Shown in pieces: positions 56,800-64,000 of a stretch of DNA of 64,000 nt; the first letter of the stretch is position 1, and every line of letters starts with the position of its first letter. The stretch is taken from NCBI RefSeq assembly GCF_009914755.1, contig NC_060934.1. One strand, 5' to 3'. The notes beneath the pieces are model-generated. The model saw only the letters and a program-made list of their open reading frames with translations. It was not told the origin of the DNA and did not search any database. The position numbers and the translations under genes were made by a program. Origin of the DNA: the human T2T-CHM13v2.0 reference genome, Homo sapiens.

Positions 56800-57050
56800 C
56801 TTGGCCTAATAAACTCCTACTTGTCCTCTAATCCTTGCCAAGGAAGAGTTTGCTGCCCCTCCTCGGTTGAAAATTGCCTTTTTCTGGATTCTCATAATAT
56901 CTCATGCAAAGATACACCTTTGAAATTTTCATAACACATTAGATTTCTGTGGTTTCTCCTCTCTGTTTGAAGAGAACGTCAGCATTTTGTTCTTTGTGTC
57001 ACCAGTGTGTACCTGGCACACAGTAGGTGTCCAATTAATGTTTACTTGGT
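56800..57050 (+). mobile_element. L2 3' end fragment
   Basis: CCTGGCACACAGTAGGTGTCCAATTAATGTTT. Confidence 0.6.
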
Positions 57051-58149
57051 TCACAAGTGCCACATGTGACAATTATACATTAAAATATTTGGGGGTTGGG
57101 TACATAAAATCCCACTAAAGTGAGGATTAAGAAATAAAGCTATGTGAAGTACTGAAGAAAGTCTGAAGGACTGGAGGTAGAAGTGTCTGAGACTCTGGTG
57201 TAAGATAATCGCTGGCTGTCTTGCATCAACGAGGCATTGAAGTTTTCCATATACATTTATTGTAAGTATAAACATGTCATACAAGACACAGTTGATAAGT
57301 AACATGCTGAGTAGGATTCAGAAGTCAGCTCTATTTCGGTGTTCTTTATACCAAACTGCATTGCCTTCATGGTTCTCAGCTGTATTCCAATATTTGAGAT
57401 GAACTGGAAGTAGGATCTTTTTATTTGCAAGAATTTTCAAGGTCTGCCCTCCTACACAACCTTTCTGGTTTACAGGTTGTTTGGGAAAGTGGATGGGCTA
57501 TGGGATAAGTTAAATTTTCAGTATGGTGGTAGAAAAGAACCAAAGACAGATTTTGCAAGTTTGCCATGAGTTGACCTTGGTAATATGCCAGATTTTAAGC
57601 TCTTTCCTATAAAACCATTGAAGGCAGAAATTAATTTTTTAATCTAATTTAATTAATCAATTAATTAATTTTATTTTAATTTATTTACGAAAGACTGATT
57701 TTTATTAGCCTTAGCCTTTATTAGGCTATGCTTAACAGCACAAGATGAGTGCTTAATAAATATTCAACCATTGATATGCTCATCCAACAATTTATGCATG
57801 AAAGAATAATTTGTTAATTATTAGCACAGTAATCTCTCTATATATTTTCTGACCCAGAAATTCCAAGTGTTTCCAATAAATTTATTTGTAGATATGAGAC
57901 ATTTTGCTGCCAATGGTATTTTGTTCGAAGATAAAAGATATGTTGACACAAACTAATTACAGAAAGCTAAGAAAGTCAACCAGGCTTTTAAAAATTCTCT
58001 TGCTTCCCTTCCAAACACTTTGATCTTAAAGTGTTACACCATCTGTACTCTCCTTAATTCTTAATCTCAATGACTAAAAAAAAATCTGTCTTCTTGCATC
58101 CCTAAATGGGATGCTCCTCTGAATGAGGACGACAGGAAAATAAACTAGA

Positions 58150-59410
<1,261 letters not shown>

Positions 59411-59871
59411 TGCATGAGCTTGTGAGTTATTAACAATAGCACATCATCGTCCATCAACTCCGTTTCCCCTCACTAGACACCATGACCAAAGAGTGGCTCA
59501 GAAATTGTTAGTCCATTGAAAACCAAGACTTCAAAGAGTGTCTTAGAACTCTTGTGATTGCAGGTAATAAAAACTCACAAAATCTAGAAAAGCAATAGAA
59601 AGAACTCCAGCAATACAACATTGACTATTTCCCAGAATCAGAGAGTAGGTGGATAGCCAAGTCGCAGGTGGGACTTAAATGGAGTGGTGAGGTAAGAAAG
59701 CTGCCAAGTTGATTCTCCCTCCTACCTCACGATAGCTTAGGAATGCATGGACTCAGTTTCCCTTTCTCATATTTGCTCTTCTCTTCCTTTCTACCTCATT
59801 GTTTTCTCCCTGCAAATTAACTTTTTCTGTTCCTTTATGCATGTGGAAGAATACAGCTTTTCATAGCTTAC

Positions 59872-60254
<383 letters not shown>

Positions 60255-60516
60255 TAGCAAAGAAGACAGCTAGCTTCCCATAGAAGTGAAAATAATTTTG
60301 AGCTGGTTAGATGCCTACAAACTCTCTAAAACAAAAAAGGAAAGAAATTTGCCCTAAGAAGTTGAAGTAGTATTTGAACTGGGGTCTTCTGTTATAAATC
60401 TTGGGCATTTTAAACTTCCCCATACATATTCTTTAGTGAGTTATCCATAAATTTTTTCTGTCACTTTGATCACCATAAGCAAGAGTAGTTAGGTAAAAAA
60501 ATATGAAATAGGACAA

Positions 60517-60808
60517 GAACTAGGCACAGTGTCTCATGCCTATAATCCCAGCCACTCTGGAGGCTGATCACTTGAGACCAAGAGTTCAAAACCAGCCTGA
60601 GCAATGTAGCAAGACACCATATTTAATCTTTTTTTTTTTTTTTTCTGGTAGCAGCCAGGCATGGTGGTGCACTCTATGGTGCTTAGCACTATGGAAGGCA
60701 GAGGAGGGAGGATCGCTTGAATCCAGGAATTCAAGATTGCAGTGAGCTATGAGTCATGCACTCCAGCATGAGTGACAGAGTAAGACCCTGTCTCTGAAAA
60801 AAAGGATA
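60517..60808 (+). mobile_element. Degenerate AluJ with a poly-T middle linker
   Basis: Both monomers recognisable; flanking ATGAAATAG direct repeat. Confidence 0.85.
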
Positions 60809-62340
60809 AAATGAAATAGACTTTAGGGGAAGAAAAAAAAAAAAGCAGAATTAGCAGATTATGAGAATGAGGAAATTCGTATTCTGAGAATCTAACCCCA
60901 ACCACCATGCTGCCAGAAAGATGACTACAACATCCACTTAGCTCAGACAGCATATTCATGGGCCTGGTGCTGGAAAGCCTGGGGCATAGAAATGTTCGTG
61001 CTCCTTTTGTGGTTCCAGTGTGCCCAGTGGAGCATCAAGGGTATTGGTCTGGCATAATTCCACCACTGGTGGGCATAGGCCTGCACTGTAAAATATTTAT
61101 TTTATCAATTTTATTTCAACTGTATTCCTTTCCAAAAAAGAAATGGTGGTATCTCTATGCTATTGATTTATAAAGAAATGTAATTTACTTTACTTTCTGC
61201 TCACAGTTAATTTAGCCCCATTGTGTCCTTGTCCCCAAGTTCATGGAAATGTGACTTCATGAGGGAAGAATCCATGTAGAGATTGTACATTATACTTTAA
61301 TGTTGGAAAGGTGGATGAGTTGACATCATATAATGTAGAGTGTATCACCCTTTTACTAAGAGATGTAATAGCAGAAACAGTCTTGACTGTGGCAACTGCC
61401 ACAATAACTGCTATGCTTATTTTTTATTGATGATGGATAAAAATTCTCATAATACTGTAGCACAGTAACTTGCTGGAATATAGCTTCGGGCTGCCCCTAA
61501 GGCAGACTTTATTTATGCATCCCTACTTTCACTATTTGTAATGACAATGATAATAATAACAATAAATATCAGTACTTTCTAAATTACAACAGGAACTAGA
61601 AGTTTCAGTGGGACTGACTGCTGAATTTTCTTTTAAAAGGGTAATACAAAAAACAGCCATTATAATCCTCACCATTGTCCTGGTTGCTAATAGACCTGTG
61701 CTAGCAATTTGGAACAGGAAGTGAAATCTGCCCACTGTGGGTTTTGCTGGTTTTGCAACTATTATCACAGGCTTTTTAAAAATTATTAATTTATAAACTG
61801 CCCTGAGCCTTACAGAATATAAGCAATCGAGTAAGCTGGGGAAATAAAGTTACATAAATCACTATTAAGTTAGTAGCAGAAACCACCGTGACTCTACGAT
61901 GGTTCAATACTGTCATTTCAGGAAACCAAGCACAATCAGGAGTTTTTTAAAGCCTGAAAAAGGAAGTATAGTCAAAAATGAGTAAACTTGTCGTGAGATT
62001 TATAGAGTGTCAAATGGAGTTTAATGGAGATTCCAGAGAATCAGAAAAAAAAGATGTCAGGATAATGTGTAAAGTTCTTGTTTATTTGACATTTTGATGA
62101 CTTTAGAAGTATTCGTGAGAGAAGTAAATCAGCCCAAAAAAGGGCACCTCACCATTAATAAACATGCTTTCCACAAGTGACCCTACAACTTCCCGTCATC
62201 TCATGAAACTCATCACTGCATTTATTGTATGAATGGTGTTAAGAGTGCTGTTCAATAAATGTCGCCAGGCCCAGTGAGAGGGATCCTGTCTGTCTTAGTA
62301 CCAAGAACACTAGTACCTCTTCTGAGTAATGGGTTTTTAA

Positions 62341-64000
<1,660 letters not shown>

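Overview
This is AT-rich hominoid (probably human) non-coding DNA, intergenic or deep-intronic, made largely of transposable-element remnants. I found no host protein-coding gene, RNA gene or CRISPR-like array; every long ORF is LINE-1 ORF1/ORF2 debris or a chance frame in a repeat. Main elements: (1) a twin-primed, 5'-inverted L1PA2-like insertion with a perfect 17-bp target-site duplication (TSD) at 4237-6093; (2) a composite block at 41.6-52.5 kb of Tigger3, L1PA15/16, MLT2A1, a truncated LTR12 and an inverted L1PA5, best explained by nested insertions followed by one large deletion at ~47614; (3) an L1PA7 running off the right end; (4) eight Alus, several MaLR/ERVL LTRs, hAT and Tigger DNA transposons, and L2/MIR fossils. 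The most unusual observations are the L1PA5 whose antisense promoter/ORF0 now faces its own ORF2 3' half and poly(A), an orphan 106-bp L1 fragment captured in a TA microsatellite, the same 1-bp frameshift in two different L1 subfamilies, short dispersed duplications and two perfect palindromes. I see no convincing new biological system. Subfamily names come from recalled consensus diagnostics and need RepeatMasker/Dfam confirmation.
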